A stretch of 64,000 nucleotides of DNA from an uncultured Nitrososphaeraceae archaeon (GCA_963765895.1 CAVXZB010000025.1:1-64000), one strand, 5' to 3'. Positions 24,321 to 36,361 are shown, counted from the first letter of the stretch. Made by a program: numbers and translations. Notes: generated by a model not told the origin, from the letters alone.

Positions 24321-24916
24321 ATGAGTACATTAAGACATAATCAATCTGTATTTGTATCAGGTCTTCTGGTTCTTATCATCGTTATGTTATACAATTATTC
24401 AACAAATATTGACACATTAGTGGTAATATCGGTCTCGGACCATCAAGCCAATGCAGCAAATAATTCTATAGATCAGATTATAAAGCAAAGGAACATTACT
24501 TCAAACCAATCATCTGATCTAAGAGACATTAGAAAGCTAACCTCAGAAGAAGTTCAGCTCCTTAGGGAGCTAGGCCAAGGATTTAACAGAACGACCACAC
24601 AGAGTCAATTTGCAGCTTTAGGTATCTTCCTTTTAGGCATTTCCTTGATTATTTATGGATTAAGATTAACTGTGAAGGCAACAGACAAACAAACAAGCAG
24701 GTATTTAAAGCCATGATATGGGCATTAATTGTCCCTGTTGTTTCACTTATTGGGATTTATCAAATTGGAATATTGTTGGGGAGCCCCATACTTCTTTATA
24801 AATTGAACGAGCCATTTTTCTTCGTATCTCTCCTACTCTTAATTCCCGCAGTTATAATCATAATCCTGTTACTAGCTGAGAAGAAATTGGTAGGTAGTTT
24901 ACATCGAAAGGATTAA
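24321..24916 (+). CDS. Membrane protein (frameshifted)
   Basis: Overlapping ORFs with about 4 hydrophobic segments. Confidence 0.6.
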
Positions 24917-25162
24917 CAACATCAATCAACCCGAATAGAAATACATGTTGCAATAATGACACGATAATGCGTAGCAAGATATTGATACAAATATTCTGCT
25001 AAGCGACTGCCGGAACGCGCATCATGTGGTTTACTTTACCTCTTGTTATTTGTGCAGCGAATTGTAAAGGATTACTTCTATGGTGCCTTAAAGCAAATCT
25101 ATATCACGAGTCGAGTTTAGTGATAGTAATGAGCCACTTATCAAAATTGTTTAAATCGTAGA

Positions 25163-25447
25163 TTGGCTATTTTTAGTATAATGGAAAGTCAGGGCAGCAG
25201 TTGCGATTCTCGTATCCATGCGTATAAGAATGGCAAAACAATGGAGCAGTGTAGACAGGAAGCGAGAAAAACTACAGAGTTACTATCAGAGGAAATTTCG
25301 AAGAATGGAGCAGTATCATGGAAAAGAGTATTAGAAATAACAGACTATGATGAACTAGTCTATAAATTAACTTTAAAGTATCTTCGACAAAAAGGGTGCG
25401 ATATTGGCAATAACACTATTCCACGTGTAAAAAACAGCAAATTATAA
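25163..25447 (+). CDS. Hypothetical protein
   Basis: 94-aa ORF, probable start at MESQG. Confidence 0.55.
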   Translation: MAIFSIMESQGSSCDSRIHAYKNGKTMEQCRQEARKTTELLSEEISKNGAVSWKRVLEITDYDELVYKLTLKYLRQKGCDIGNNTIPRVKNSKL

Positions 25448-25478
25448 ATTAATTAGATCTGATGGTTCATCTACCACT

Positions 25479-26237
25479 CTATCTAGATTTGTCGAAAGTA
25501 CGTGTACTAGGATAATGATTTTGTTGCTCATCTATGTAGGCATCTATTGTTGGTATCATCTTATGACTACTCCTTCTCTTATGTCTGACCATACATAAAC
25601 TAAATACAGTGACAGATCCAATTACAGACAAAACTATAATATTACCCAAATATGAAACAGGGTTAAATAACAGCTCATTATTTTTAGGTACAAGACCGAT
25701 GCTACTTCTTAGTGAATCTGATGAGTATCCTGTTATTGGGCCTTTCTGGACATTAATAAGGTATGGTTCACTCTTTATTTGTACAATTCCTTTGGATGAG
25801 GAAGATGGTAAGACATCCAACGTGGCAACTATTGCATATGGATTGGAGGCAGTTGCGGAATCATATTTATGATATAAAGGGCCCCATTTACCCTCACTAG
25901 ATGAAGGGATTCTAGCTATTTCGGACTGGCTAGTAGTTCCGTCGCCCCAGGATACGGTTAAAATTTTCTGTTCAACATTATTACTGCTAGTCTCTGCATT
26001 ATAGGTAGCAATACCTGCAACTGATACATGATCTATACCGGCTATGGGTGAAGTATTACCTACAAAAGCTATAGTTACATGAGGAGTAGCGGTAGTAGCA
26101 GTAGTACCCAATCTTGCTTGGGCATATAGTGTTGCTCCCGTCATTATTGCTATTAACACAAATATCATCATCACAAATACAACTAAGGTTAAAAGTAAAA
26201 TCAAATATGGAACACCCATATTCCTATGGGTCATCAT
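25479..26237 (-). CDS. Membrane-anchored protein with a PKD/Ig-like domain
   Basis: Signal helix, VSWGDGT..H.Y motif, and a C-terminal TM followed by a basic stretch. Confidence 0.6.
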   Translation of the reverse strand: MMTHRNMGVPYLILLLTLVVFVMMIFVLIAIMTGATLYAQARLGTTATTATPHVTIAFVGNTSPIAGIDHVSVAGIATYNAETSSNNVEQKILTVSWGDGTTSQSEIARIPSSSEGKWGPLYHKYDSATASNPYAIVATLDVLPSSSSKGIVQIKSEPYLINVQKGPITGYSSDSLRSSIGLVPKNNELLFNPVSYLGNIIVLSVIGSVTVFSLCMVRHKRRSSHKMIPTIDAYIDEQQNHYPSTRTFDKSR

Positions 26238-26509
26238 TAACTACTACCAACAGCACATGTAGCCATAACTGCATTGAATTGTGCTGCTCCGTCTTTATAG
26301 TAGCCTAGTTGTTCATACTTTAATGCATTATCCTTACATATATCACCAAAACTCGGTTGGGATGAGAATTTAGCATTCATAGTAGGAAATCCTATAATAC
26401 TAATCAGCGGAATGAGAACTGCGATCGCTGCAACTCCCACGAACATTAGTGTCAACACCAGCTGTTGTTCTTTTCTCTTCCTGTTACCAGATAGTAACGT
26501 TGTACTCAA
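26237..26509 (-). CDS. Small membrane-anchored protein
   Basis: TM helix and two Cys. Abuts the next gene. Confidence 0.55.
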   Translation of the reverse strand: MSTTLLSGNRKRKEQQLVLTLMFVGVAAIAVLIPLISIIGFPTMNAKFSSQPSFGDICKDNALKYEQLGYYKDGAAQFNAVMATCAVGSS

Positions 26510-26702
26510 TTAAATTTAACTCCGAGTGACGATTTCTGCGATAGGGTTCCAAGCTCAGATATGTATTGCTTCATGTCTTACTTTATTTGTCTGATTCACT
26601 TATATCCTCATGTGACTCACTTGATACTTATAACAAGAGATTAGTATTAGTAATATCTACGGTTGTGTAGAAACTTATTCCCAAAGTTCAACAAGTCTTT
26701 CG

Positions 26703-26935
26703 CGCATTCTAGCGCCTTACCTTATCAATATTAGAAAATGCTCTGATGATGAGGCTACCAATATAATTAGAAATTGGCTTGACAGATGTCGAAATCTGAG
26801 GCAATTGACTTTACTCCGAATTACATAATCAAATATAATATCAATTCTGCAAAGATGGGTGGATATCTACCAATAAGTCTAGAAAAACTAAAGATAGAAA
26901 ATATGTACTTGTATAGTTTGTTGACTAAATCATAG
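26703..26935 (+). pseudogene. PriX-like primase C-terminal domain remnant
   Basis: Manual translation across one indel gives RILAPYLINIRKCSDDEATNIIRNWLDRC..L(D)FTPNYIIKYNINSAKMGGYLPISLEKLKIENMYLYSLLTKS*. Confidence 0.7.
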
Positions 26936-27076
26936 ACTTCCATAGTCTAAATTCAATTAGATTATATCGGGCATTCAATCAAAGCAGGAATAATTTATCC
27001 GACCCGCTCTGGTTCATGTTCCCCCGTTACACGACGTTTTACCAAGTGGTATAGGACGCTAGAATCAGCTCGAGAG

Positions 27077-27309
27077 CCGACTTCTTTTATGATGATCCAA
27101 CTATGCCTTACGCAGCACTACCAGACCATAAATTAGACCAGAGCCTATGCTGCCCTATTATAACAATGAAGGATAGATACTATTACTGTAGGTTGCATCC
27201 TGAAATAAAGAACGTACATCTGGAATCCATAGAGCATCATATCAAGTATAAAGATCCAGCGACGCATAAATCAGAGTTATTAAGATTGTCCAAACTTACT
27301 CATAACTAG
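27077..27309 (+). pseudogene. Second copy of the Zn-finger-like tail
   Basis: Near-identical DNA to 21737-21970. Confidence 0.8.
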
Positions 27310-27310
27310 T

Positions 27311-27624
27311 GGATCCTATTCATAGGTAAAATTATCAGGAATTGTGGACCTAGCAGGAATTGCCTATTCTATGGACTGACATCCATAGATAGTAGCATAC
27401 TAGTCAATGTGAATCAAATTCTGTTAATAGATAATATCACACACATCGGACAATATCGGATTTTTTAATACGTCCAACATAATTATACCGGAAATAGCGT
27501 TATAATAAGATAGGAGTGGTGCCAGATTATAAATATTATCAAATGCTGCGTCCTATGTGTAGACCGACGTCCCAGGATAGTGATAAAATTTATGTGTGCT
27601 GTATATTATGAGGCGCGCTAAATG
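27311..27624 (+). repeat. Repeat R, copy 3 (longest form)
   Basis: Runs from GATCCTATTCATAGGTAAAATTATCAGG to TTATGAGGCGCGCTAAATG. Confidence 0.9.
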
Positions 27625-27812
27625 ATTCGCTCTATAGATAAGAATTATGTTGGAAAAGCTTGTAAATTTGACTTGAGGCTAGCGCAGATCTGAATGTATT
27701 ACCATCAAATAGGATATTCCTAGCAAATCCAACCATAGGAAAGAGCGTCGAGAGTTATTTCATTTAATCATGGATGGATGATAACGAGTTATTTTCAACT
27801 TGATTTCTTAGA

Positions 27813-29463
27813 TTAATCAAGGCCTGTTCTCGCTGCCTGTTCTCCTGCCGAGGAAGTAGGGGATGCTGTTTCTTGATCATTATTATTGGCAGTAGTTAAT
27901 GTGGTTGCTGATGATGAACATCCTAAACTGGTTTCTATGGCTGTTGCTTGTTGTCTTAAGTCTGCAGCTTGGTGTGATGTTAATCGTCCATTAGCCTCAT
28001 CTGCATTAACCTGATGTAAGAAGGCATTCAATGTGTTACAGGCAGCTACACCATTATTGCGATTCAATTGACTTAGTGCAGTATTTAATGGAGCTTCCAA
28101 GCTTGTTGTAGTGCCCTTTGGAAGATGCATATGCTCTATTGTGTTTATAATATTCTGTACTGCTTGCTGTGGTGTAATTATAGTCCAGGTAAAGGTAGCA
28201 GGTGTAGGATCTTTATTTCCTTGAGTATCTACTGCTCTTACCTTAAATGTATGCTGCTGTCCCGCTGCCAAGTTGTTATAGCTAACTGTAGTGGGGTTAG
28301 TATTAGTATCACATGTAGAGAATTGGCTTGAATCTGAACTACATTCAAAGCCTGCTATAGGATTGCCGCCTGGAGTAGCTGAAACCTGGAATGTAATAGA
28401 CGTTGAAACTGTTGAACCACTATTTTGAACTGGGTTGTTGTTTCCATCGATAGCAGAAGTTATTAGAGTATTTGGAGGAGCCAGAGGTGTAGTAGATATC
28501 ACGGAAACAGTATTTCCTGGTGCCTCATTTGAATGAAAATTGGTCACATAAACATTATGGTGTACTGGGTCATATACTGGAGTGACTGGTCCTGAACCCA
28601 CAGTAACAGTACCTATAACTTGATTACTGGAACCATCAATTAATGAAACATAATTAGATCCTTGATTACCCACATAAATAATACCATTATCTGCGTCAAA
28701 TCCAACACCTGTCGGATCCGGACCTACGGTAATTGTTTTAGTCACGCTATTTGTAGAACTGTCTATAACAGAGACAAACTGGGTATCATGATTTGCCGCA
28801 TATATGTTACCGCTGGCCGAGTCATATGTAAGAAATACAGGGTTTGGTACATTTGTTACAGTAGCTCACCACAGATTCTAGACGCTCCGTCTATTACCGA
28901 GGTGGGTCCAGAACCTGTATTAGGAATGTATGTAAGCCCGTTGCCTGGGTTAAAGACTCCTTGTAGTGGTTGTCCTCCAACTGTTATGGTATCAATTACG
29001 CTCTGGTTGCTCCATCTATTACTGAAACAGTTCCACTGCCTGCATTAGTCTGCATATATGTAGTCATTAACAGGGTCATAAATCACGCCATCTACTATCG
29101 AGCCATTGCTTTGTATAGTGCCAATTACATTGTTAGTTGCTGCATCTATTACGGATAACGTATTTGAAAAAACATTAGCTGTATAGATGTAATTACGCTT
29201 TGTATCAACAGCAAGTTCACGTGGAGTATAATTATTTGGTAGGTGAATAGTTGCAAGTAACGCTATTAGATACATGTATCAATTACAGACACTGTACTTG
29301 AAGCAATATCTGCAGTATACACATGACCAGTAATTGGATTAAAAAGCGCGCCATAAGGACCAGTACCTACTGTTATTGTAGCAACTACAGAATCTGCATG
29401 CACAATAGAAGACACCAAGGGTGCAATTGCCGATATAATGGTAGCTAATACACATAAAATCAT
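27813..29463 (-). CDS. Secreted YVTN/YncE beta-propeller with an FN3-like domain and a helical C-terminal domain (frameshifted)
   Basis: Signal peptide, repeats VATITVG.GP...IYV.N..SNTVSVID, and HTFKVRAVDTQGNKDPTPA. Confidence 0.85.
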
Positions 29464-30435
29464 AGCAACAGTTGGCGCTTTTAGGCACCATAGTCAAAAG
29501 AAAACTTACGATAATGTATTTAACATAAAGGTAGCACCATTATATAAAATTCCAGATTAAATATGTGTTAATCACAATTATTGATAAGAACTTACATGAT
29601 TGAAGTAACGACTAATTCTCTGATTTATCTTCGTATACGAGATCAATGCGATTTATGCGTCTTACCTATGATGTGGAACATCTTTTCATGATGTCCCACA
29701 ATGTGATGCCCTCATTAGTAATCCCATATAACATTTTATTATACAAATGAATATCATCCATTAATCTCAATCGGTCTTTGGTCGTGTGAATTCAAAAATT
29801 AGGGAGACTTAGAGAATACTTGAGGGAATGAAAGTGTATTGAAACCTTAGGTAATAGCATTGACACTTGGGACGCTTGGGACACTTACTGGACTTGCGAA
29901 GGCGGTCATGATCTATAGAAAGATTGGTTTCCAAAGACCTGCCATAAATTATCTATTTCACGATTTCACAAGACGGCGCAAAGATGAAAAGCTCGAACAA
30001 TATAAGTGACCGAAAAGGGCGACGGACTCAAACCGCAAATCGATTTTTGGTCAATTCGGATATCATACTGATTTCAACCTAGTTGAATGAGATCTACAGT
30101 AGATAGCAGATATCAAGCAAAAATCCAGTTATTATCAGTTATGGTTTACAAGTTAAGTTTCTGATCCCCATTGCTATAATGAAGTCTGATGCTGTTTTTA
30201 GATAACTTTCAGTAATATCATCATGCTATTAATTCCTACGGTGATTCTCTTGAAGCACACACAGCATTATTATTTTTTCCATAGTTTACTCTGTAAAACA
30301 ATGCTGAGATAGAACAGTAAAGGCTCACACAGTTATGACTACTTTGCTACTTGGATGTACATCTTTCAGGTAGTCTAGCGCCCTAGTAAGTTAATCCAGC
30401 GAGAAGGTGTTTTCTAAATTCACTTTTATATAACT

Positions 30436-30745
30436 TTAATCTACCCATTGTACCAATTTAAGTTGGCTATTATCTTCTAAACTTTTAATTGTTGCTCCTT
30501 TCCTATAATCGAAGAATTTCTCAAGCTGCTTATATACATAGCCATCAAGTAACTTTCCTACAGGACTATATGGAATTTCAAAGTCAACCTCATCTATTAT
30601 TTCAGTTTGCTTTTGATCCTCATTGATACAAATATCATCGAATTTGTGTAAGTGCCTCCACTTTTTAATGGGCCGGTTAACATTTCATCTAAATATTGAT
30701 ATGGTTTTATGGATCTTATTATTGAGTGCCATCTTCTCTTGAAAA
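30436..30745 (-). pseudogene. SRPBCC-family fragment
   Basis: WHSIIRSIKPYQYLDEMLTGP..WRHLHKF...TEIIDEVDFEIPYSPVGKLL...LEKFFDYR read across a frameshift. Confidence 0.6.
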
Positions 30746-30759
30746 TCATTAACTTACCC

Positions 30760-31180
30760 TCAAGTTGTCGTTCCTGCAATAAATAGTAATCATGTATATG
30801 TTTATGATTTAAATGTTCATGAGAAGCACCCCATCCTCCAATACCACCAGTATATTCTCCAGTAACCTCTAAAACGTCTTCAGAATCAGATATTTCTTCG
30901 AGCATCTCTAGTGTTAATTTTTGATTTGTTACATAATGAATGCCATTGTCATATATTGCAGGTATCATTCCGTCTTATTAAATATGAAATCCTTAGCTTT
31001 TTGAGAATCAATTCCTTCTTTGGTAAAGACTTCTAGTATAGACTGGTATGACTAGAGGATTTTCTCGATGACGAATTGGTAGATCACTTATAAGGTCTGC
31101 ATCAACTTCGGAAGAGATTCTTCATACTTGTTTTGCAATTTAGACAATTTTGGATATAACTCTCCTACGTTGTATTGCCC
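30760..31180 (-). pseudogene. Hypothetical protein fragment
   Basis: GMIPAIYDNGIHYVTNQKLTLEMLEEISDSEDVLEVTGEYTG with broken upstream frames. Confidence 0.45.
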
Positions 31181-31241
31181 TCAGTGGTACACGCTGATCC
31201 CATTATTACATATCCCATTGCACATGCTGTCAATATTGTCG

Positions 31242-31570
31242 CTATCCCTTTGCCATATCAATCACCGATACTCCTAACGCGGTTGTTCCGATAAGTGCAC
31301 CACCCATTATAAGGAGAGCCGTTGTTACACTTGATCGGTTCTTTTCTAGTATATCAATCCCAAAAGCTAGGAAAAACAGGATTATTGATGAGATACCAAA
31401 GTTAGATATCCCAAACGGTCTCTTATCTATACTCGTTGGTAAAAATCCATGTTTGATAACTCGTTCCATAGAGCCATCTGCTATATGGATCAGTAATAAA
31501 GTCGTGGTCGGCCATGGCAAGCATTTCAGATATTTGGTGCCTGTGAGTCCTTGTCTGAATCTGTGTCATT
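31242..31570 (-). pseudogene. Membrane protein fragment
   Basis: Hydrophobic ORF 31242..31520 with a frameshifted N-terminus. Confidence 0.4.
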
Positions 31571-32007
31571 TCAATTAAGTCGTCTCTAATTGTTATAATA
31601 TCATATATAAGTAGGGTGCTAAATTTCAGTTCTGGAATCCAAATTAGAAATTCAACGTCGGAATTTGTCTCCTTGATTATAAGCATAAGAACTTAAAATA
31701 CTTTTATTGAAAAAATTGAATCACAAAAAAATAACGGTAGGAATAACAAGAAAAAAGACACATTCGACAATAATGCAGCGGCGACAACTATAGTTCCAGT
31801 GTTTGCATCTGCTGCTGGGATTCTTAGAATACAAGAGCAAAGATCGCAACAGACGATTGAAAGGAAAAGAATCAGGAATAAAAAGATTTATCTTTACTAT
31901 TTGGCTGGAACTATGATCGCAATAGCCGGAATATTGCATTTAGTAGTTGTGTAAACATTTTAGGAGGACTGGAGGGAATAATAGGTTCATTAGTAGGCCC
32001 TGGTCTA

Positions 32008-32325
32008 TTGACTGCAACCTTCAGTATAGCTAAATTGGGATTCTTCTTTTTGGTAGCTGGGATGGCACAACTTTTTTGGTCGATACCAATGACAAAAAGA
32101 TGGGGAAGGAAATGGTATTATATAGGGATATGTGGAACAATAGTATTAGTCGCACTATATTCTGCAACCAAAGGTCCTAACCCAATCACCGCGGGTGGAA
32201 TTAATATACCAATATATGATATACCAACAGAGATATTCCAAATTACATATATTGCAATCGCGACCGTCATAATGATAGTAGAAAGGAAGCAAAAATCCGA
32301 AATAAAGCTAAGGGAGTTTGAGTAG
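32008..32325 (+). CDS. Membrane protein, probably the 3' part of a frameshifted gene
   Basis: FFLVAGMAQLFW..RWGRKWYYIGI; about 3 TM segments. Confidence 0.6.
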   Translation: MTATFSIAKLGFFFLVAGMAQLFWSIPMTKRWGRKWYYIGICGTIVLVALYSATKGPNPITAGGINIPIYDIPTEIFQITYIAIATVIMIVERKQKSEIKLREFE

Positions 32326-32734
32326 TCTATATGAGGCTTCACAATATATTTAACATATTTGGCAGAGTGCAAAGGAACAGAAAAAATGAATTAAGCAAAA
32401 GGAGTTACTAAGATAGCGGTATCTAGCTAGTACGAGCAGTATCTGAAACCAGTTTCCTTACCTTTTTTGTAGTCGCAGGAGAATTGAATATTTTTACGTC
32501 AGCTAAACCAGTCTCTAAGCTTTTAAGTCTTAGTTTGAATCATTTTCTGAGTAGGTTACATTAGATTTCATTTTACTTACAGTAAATTCCTTGATAACGA
32601 AAGTAACCGTTTTGCTGGCCACATCTACAATAGAGCTCAATGTTGACACACTATTCAGGCAATGTCCCCAAAGATAGAACAATAAACTGGACAAACAAGA
32701 ATAACATCCACTACATACTGAGTATTGCAGAAAT

Positions 32735-32776
32735 AAGCAAGCATAAGGCCTAAGAAAGCAAGCATAAGGCCTAAGA
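32735..32776 (+). repeat. 21-bp tandem duplication AAGCAAGCATAAGGCCTAAGA
   Basis: Two adjacent copies. Confidence 0.8.
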
Positions 32777-33219
32777 ACCAATCCCAAAAATAGACAAACA
32801 TATAGCTTGAGAATATCCTGTTCAAAAGTGTGGCTCACAAGATTCAAGTATATTCCAAGCCTCACGTGAATCCCAGATGAATTATGGGATGAGATTAGGT
32901 TCCCCCTTTCTCCTGAAAAACCTAATTGATATTAAATGTATTTAATTTTCTATACTAACAGTCGACTGAAATGTTCAAGAGCAATGTCATAAATTGGTTG
33001 GGTTCGTCTGGAGATATACAAAATAGAAAGATTATGGAAAGGATTGTTAAGTGGGCAGAGCATCTAATAAAAAATATATTTTCATTGTAGGTGGTAATAT
33101 CATCACTAACGTTTTCGCAGTTTATGAAACGACAATTAAATTATCTATTGCTATCATCTACTTTAGCAGCTGAAGCTTTAATCAAGCCTTGCACTTAGTA
33201 TAAAGGATTTCAGCATACT

Positions 33220-33710
33220 TTACTTAATGTGTTCAATCCACTCAGACCAACTAACAATTCCTAGGTCCGGTCTTCGCTCCTTATCATCTAGCATTGTAAG
33301 AAATTCAATCAAGTGGCCATCGGGATCTCTGAAGTAAATGGCTGCCTGCTGGCATCCATCCAATCACACTAGGCTCCATACACTCTATGCCAAAGAATGA
33401 TAATGGAATGATCCCTTGATCTTTAAGTCGTTTTGGTGCATCCAAGAGGTCATTAATTGCTGCCACCTCAAAGGCTACATGTAGAGTAAAACCTATTGGC
33501 GCCGTACCGATTGACCATAGGCCGAGCATGGAGCGCCGAGAAGAAGGAGAATCTGAGATCCCCGATCCAGAAGAACGCCGCACTACTGTCGGATATCTCG
33601 AGTGCGAGATGAAGGCCTACTATATCACGGTAGAATCTGATAGACCGCTGGAGATTACTTACAGTCAGGTGCGTCTCAAAGAGTCCTCGTAGTGGAACCA
33701 GTTCAATCAT
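33220..33710 (-). CDS. VOC/glyoxalase family protein (frameshifted)
   Basis: LFETHLTVSNLQRSIRFY, HVAF, and YFRDPDGHLIEF in successive frames. Confidence 0.8.
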
Positions 33711-33769
33711 TGCCAGATAGTTGTACTGTTATGTACCTAAACTCCTACTCTGCCAGGACAAGCACAATC

Positions 33770-33938
33770 AGAACACGTAGATAATGAAGGGAAGACCAGT
33801 ACACTATCTCAACCAAATAATCAATTACTCATATCCATAGCTGATGAATTATCCAAACTTGCAAAGTTACGAGATCAAGGAGTGATAACAGTGGCAGAGT
33901 TTGTAAAGATAAAAGGCAATCTAATAAATGGAACATAG
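33770..33938 (+). pseudogene. SHOCT-domain fragment
   Basis: SIADELSKLAKLRDQGVITVAEFVKIKGNLI*. Confidence 0.7.
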
Positions 33939-33964
33939 ACATGAGCGCATACATCAAGCAGTAT

Positions 33965-34099
33965 ATCATACGATACCGGATTTTTCATCAATTCGGGATA
34001 ATTATATCGGAAAAAGCGTTATAATAAGATATGAAAAGTGCCAGATTATTAATATTATCAAAAATGCTGAGTCCTATGTGTAGACTGACGTCCCAGGAC
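33965..34099 (+). repeat. Repeat R, copy 4 (truncated at both ends)
   Basis: CGTTATAATAAGAT..GTGCCAGATTATTAATATTATCAAAAATGCTGAGTCCTATGTGTAGACTGACGTCCCAGGA. Confidence 0.85.
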
Positions 34100-34122
34100 G
34101 TCACGGGCCCTGGAGGACCTAG

Positions 34123-34269
34123 TGCTTAGAGTTACCTGGAGCCATTTCTGAGGGAGAAACCATGGAAGAACTTAGAGCAAACATGATAGAAGCAATCTTG
34201 TTAGTCCAAGAGTCTATCAAGGAAGAGGCAGAACTAAGGCATGAGCAGATAACCGAAGTAATTGTCTAA
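34123..34269 (+). pseudogene. hicB: HicB antitoxin, 5'-truncated
   Basis: CLELPGAISEGETMEELRANMIEAI, preceded in frame by TAG. The N-terminal strands are missing. Confidence 0.75.
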
Positions 34270-34292
34270 CAAAGTAATTATTGACTGACTAA

Positions 34293-34508
34293 TTGAGTCT
34301 ACGAAATCATAACTGGCGTGAGGTAGTTAGAGTTCAAAGTCGTCATGGTTTTGATATGGAAAGGCAGCGTGGTAGCCATATCCTACTAAAACATGTAGAT
34401 GGAAGAAGGATAACGGTACCAAAACACGACACACTAAAACAGGGTACGTTAAGGGCTATTCTTGACCAGGCTGATATTTCAAGAGAGCAGTTTCTTAGCG
34501 AACTGTAG
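34293..34508 (+). CDS. hicA: HicA mRNA interferase toxin
   Basis: GF..RQRGSHILL..ITVPKH..LKQGTLRAILDQA. Confidence 0.9.
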   Translation: MSLRNHNWREVVRVQSRHGFDMERQRGSHILLKHVDGRRITVPKHDTLKQGTLRAILDQADISREQFLSEL

Positions 34509-34753
34509 CGTAGAACTAGGTTCAGTGTCGCAGATGGCACATGCGGTGTTTACAACGAACTAACTGACACTATTATTCCTTTTCTATATTTTTTATGTTA
34601 AAGAGGCTTTACCTCCAGTAAGTAGGCGTTATTACGTTATTGCTGGATTGTAATCCGCATCTGGCAAGTTCTCGTCACTAATATTACCAAATAATGAAAC
34701 AAGCCATAATTTGTGTCCAGTTAATTATATATTTTCCTTAGGTATAATTATAA

Positions 34754-34981
34754 ATGAATAAAATATTCTATGTAGTAGGTTTGGTTCTGCTAATTATAGG
34801 AACTACCGCAGCGACTACAATCTTGACAAATCAGCCAGCGCAGGCACAGCACCATCATCACTGTAGCTTGCCGAACGGGAACCACTTCCCAGGCCAAGGG
34901 GGAGCAAACTCAAATCCAGATAGCAACGGCGGAGGATGTCCTAACGGATTAACTGACGAGTTCGGCAACGGTAACAACTAA
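34754..34981 (+). CDS. Small secreted Gly/Asn/His-rich protein
   Basis: Signal peptide ending PAQA; AT-rich TATA-like sequence upstream and a T-tract downstream. Confidence 0.7.
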   Translation: MNKIFYVVGLVLLIIGTTAATTILTNQPAQAQHHHHCSLPNGNHFPGQGGANSNPDSNGGGCPNGLTDEFGNGNN

Positions 34982-35616
34982 CCCCCATATCTTTTTTCTT
35001 TATTTTATACTGTCTTCAATTGCGTATTATCTAGACAAATATGTTTTGATAGAAAAGGTTCACAGATTAACAGACGATTAGGTGTATAATCGCGGAAACG
35101 TTGTCGATTTATACGATTATAGTGGTACAACTTTTCGGGAGTCTACGGAGAAATTGAGATAGACGAGAGGGACTTTACCTATTGATAACCAATTACAGGC
35201 AGGAAACTGGGTGATTAAGTAGGAAACTAGGTGACTGAGTTACGATCATAATTGTTCCATCCGAAGTTTCGCCCGAAATGGCAATATTGATAATGCTACC
35301 TTACTTTATAGCAGTTGTCGCAACAATCATTTATACAAATAAAGAGACCAGAAAGAGCAATAATTATGTTGACAATAAAAGCGAGTCATAACCAGCCCAT
35401 AACAATAATGACTGATTATTGTGCTGGAGAATAGAAAAAAGTGTTGACTATGACGATTTTTGTTATTATAGGGCTAAAGAGGAATCCTATAATGCAATAA
35501 CAAAAGACGGCTGGTACATAAGAGACACACAGTTTGATAGACCAACTGCTAGTCTGGAATCCTTCAAATACTGCCCTTGGTGTTCAAAGAAGTTAAAGAA
35601 AAAGAAGTATGGGCTT

Positions 35617-36051
35617 CTATTTGAGAATCTCTATACTCTCTACTGGATGAATTTCATTCCATTGGACATGCTCTGGCTTTGGATATCCTATATCTTGAAC
35701 CCATTTGCCGGTAATACGTACATGGGCACCCTGCTGAAGTTGAGTAAGAGTGGGCAGATGTGGTTTTGGATCAACGTCTTTGCAAAACTGGCCCCATTCA
35801 TCTGTATAACTTTTGGTTGGTGTTCCCCAGCAGATGACTTCTGTAATCAACCCTTTGGTATTGTTCCGGTTCAAAAGATCCCAATTGTCATTAGGCTTTG
35901 TGCCGTCAGATGTTAGATCGATATGTAAATCACCATCACTACCTCCTTTACTATCTCTGTCGATCGTGGGCGTGCCTCTCACAACCCCATCAAAAACAAC
36001 ACATTCGGGCGAATGCTCTTTAAGCCTACTGGTTTGCCCATGTACTAGCAA
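35617..36051 (-). CDS. Putative OB-fold protein, probably secreted (N-terminus frameshifted)
   Basis: DGDLHIDL, LITEVIC, VRITGKWVQD and WNEIHPV. Confidence 0.6.
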   Translation of the reverse strand: MLVHGQTSRLKEHSPECVVFDGVVRGTPTIDRDSKGGSDGDLHIDLTSDGTKPNDNWDLLNRNNTKGLITEVICWGTPTKSYTDEWGQFCKDVDPKPHLPTLTQLQQGAHVRITGKWVQDIGYPKPEHVQWNEIHPVESIEILK

Positions 36052-36249
36052 ACCAGCTCCATAAGTGTGATGCCAGAGAGATTTCAGAGTAGTGGGATTG
36101 CACTACCTGTTTTTATAGCATATGTGTTTTGAGATTGATTTAAAGGAACGGTCTCAACTAGCCCGATTTAAAGTACGCTACTTATAACAGAGATTAAGAA
36201 AATTCTTATCATCGGCTTTACTGTAAAGTGTGTAATATTTAACCATATT

Positions 36250-36361
36250 TGGCAACCCTGCTACAGGCAAAACATATGTTGCAACAGGTTTTGATCTCTT
36301 CCGTATTTCAAATGGCAGAACTAAGGAGCTTTGGCAGCAATATGACTTTGCTAATTGGTGA
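36250..36361 (+). pseudogene. SnoaL/ester cyclase 3' fragment
   Basis: FGNPATGKTYVATGFDLFRISNGRTKELWQQYD. Confidence 0.55.

Noticed and set aside
30015-30040. GGGCGACGGACTCAAACCGC as a tRNA T-arm remnant
   Set aside because: Too short and mismatched to distinguish from chance.
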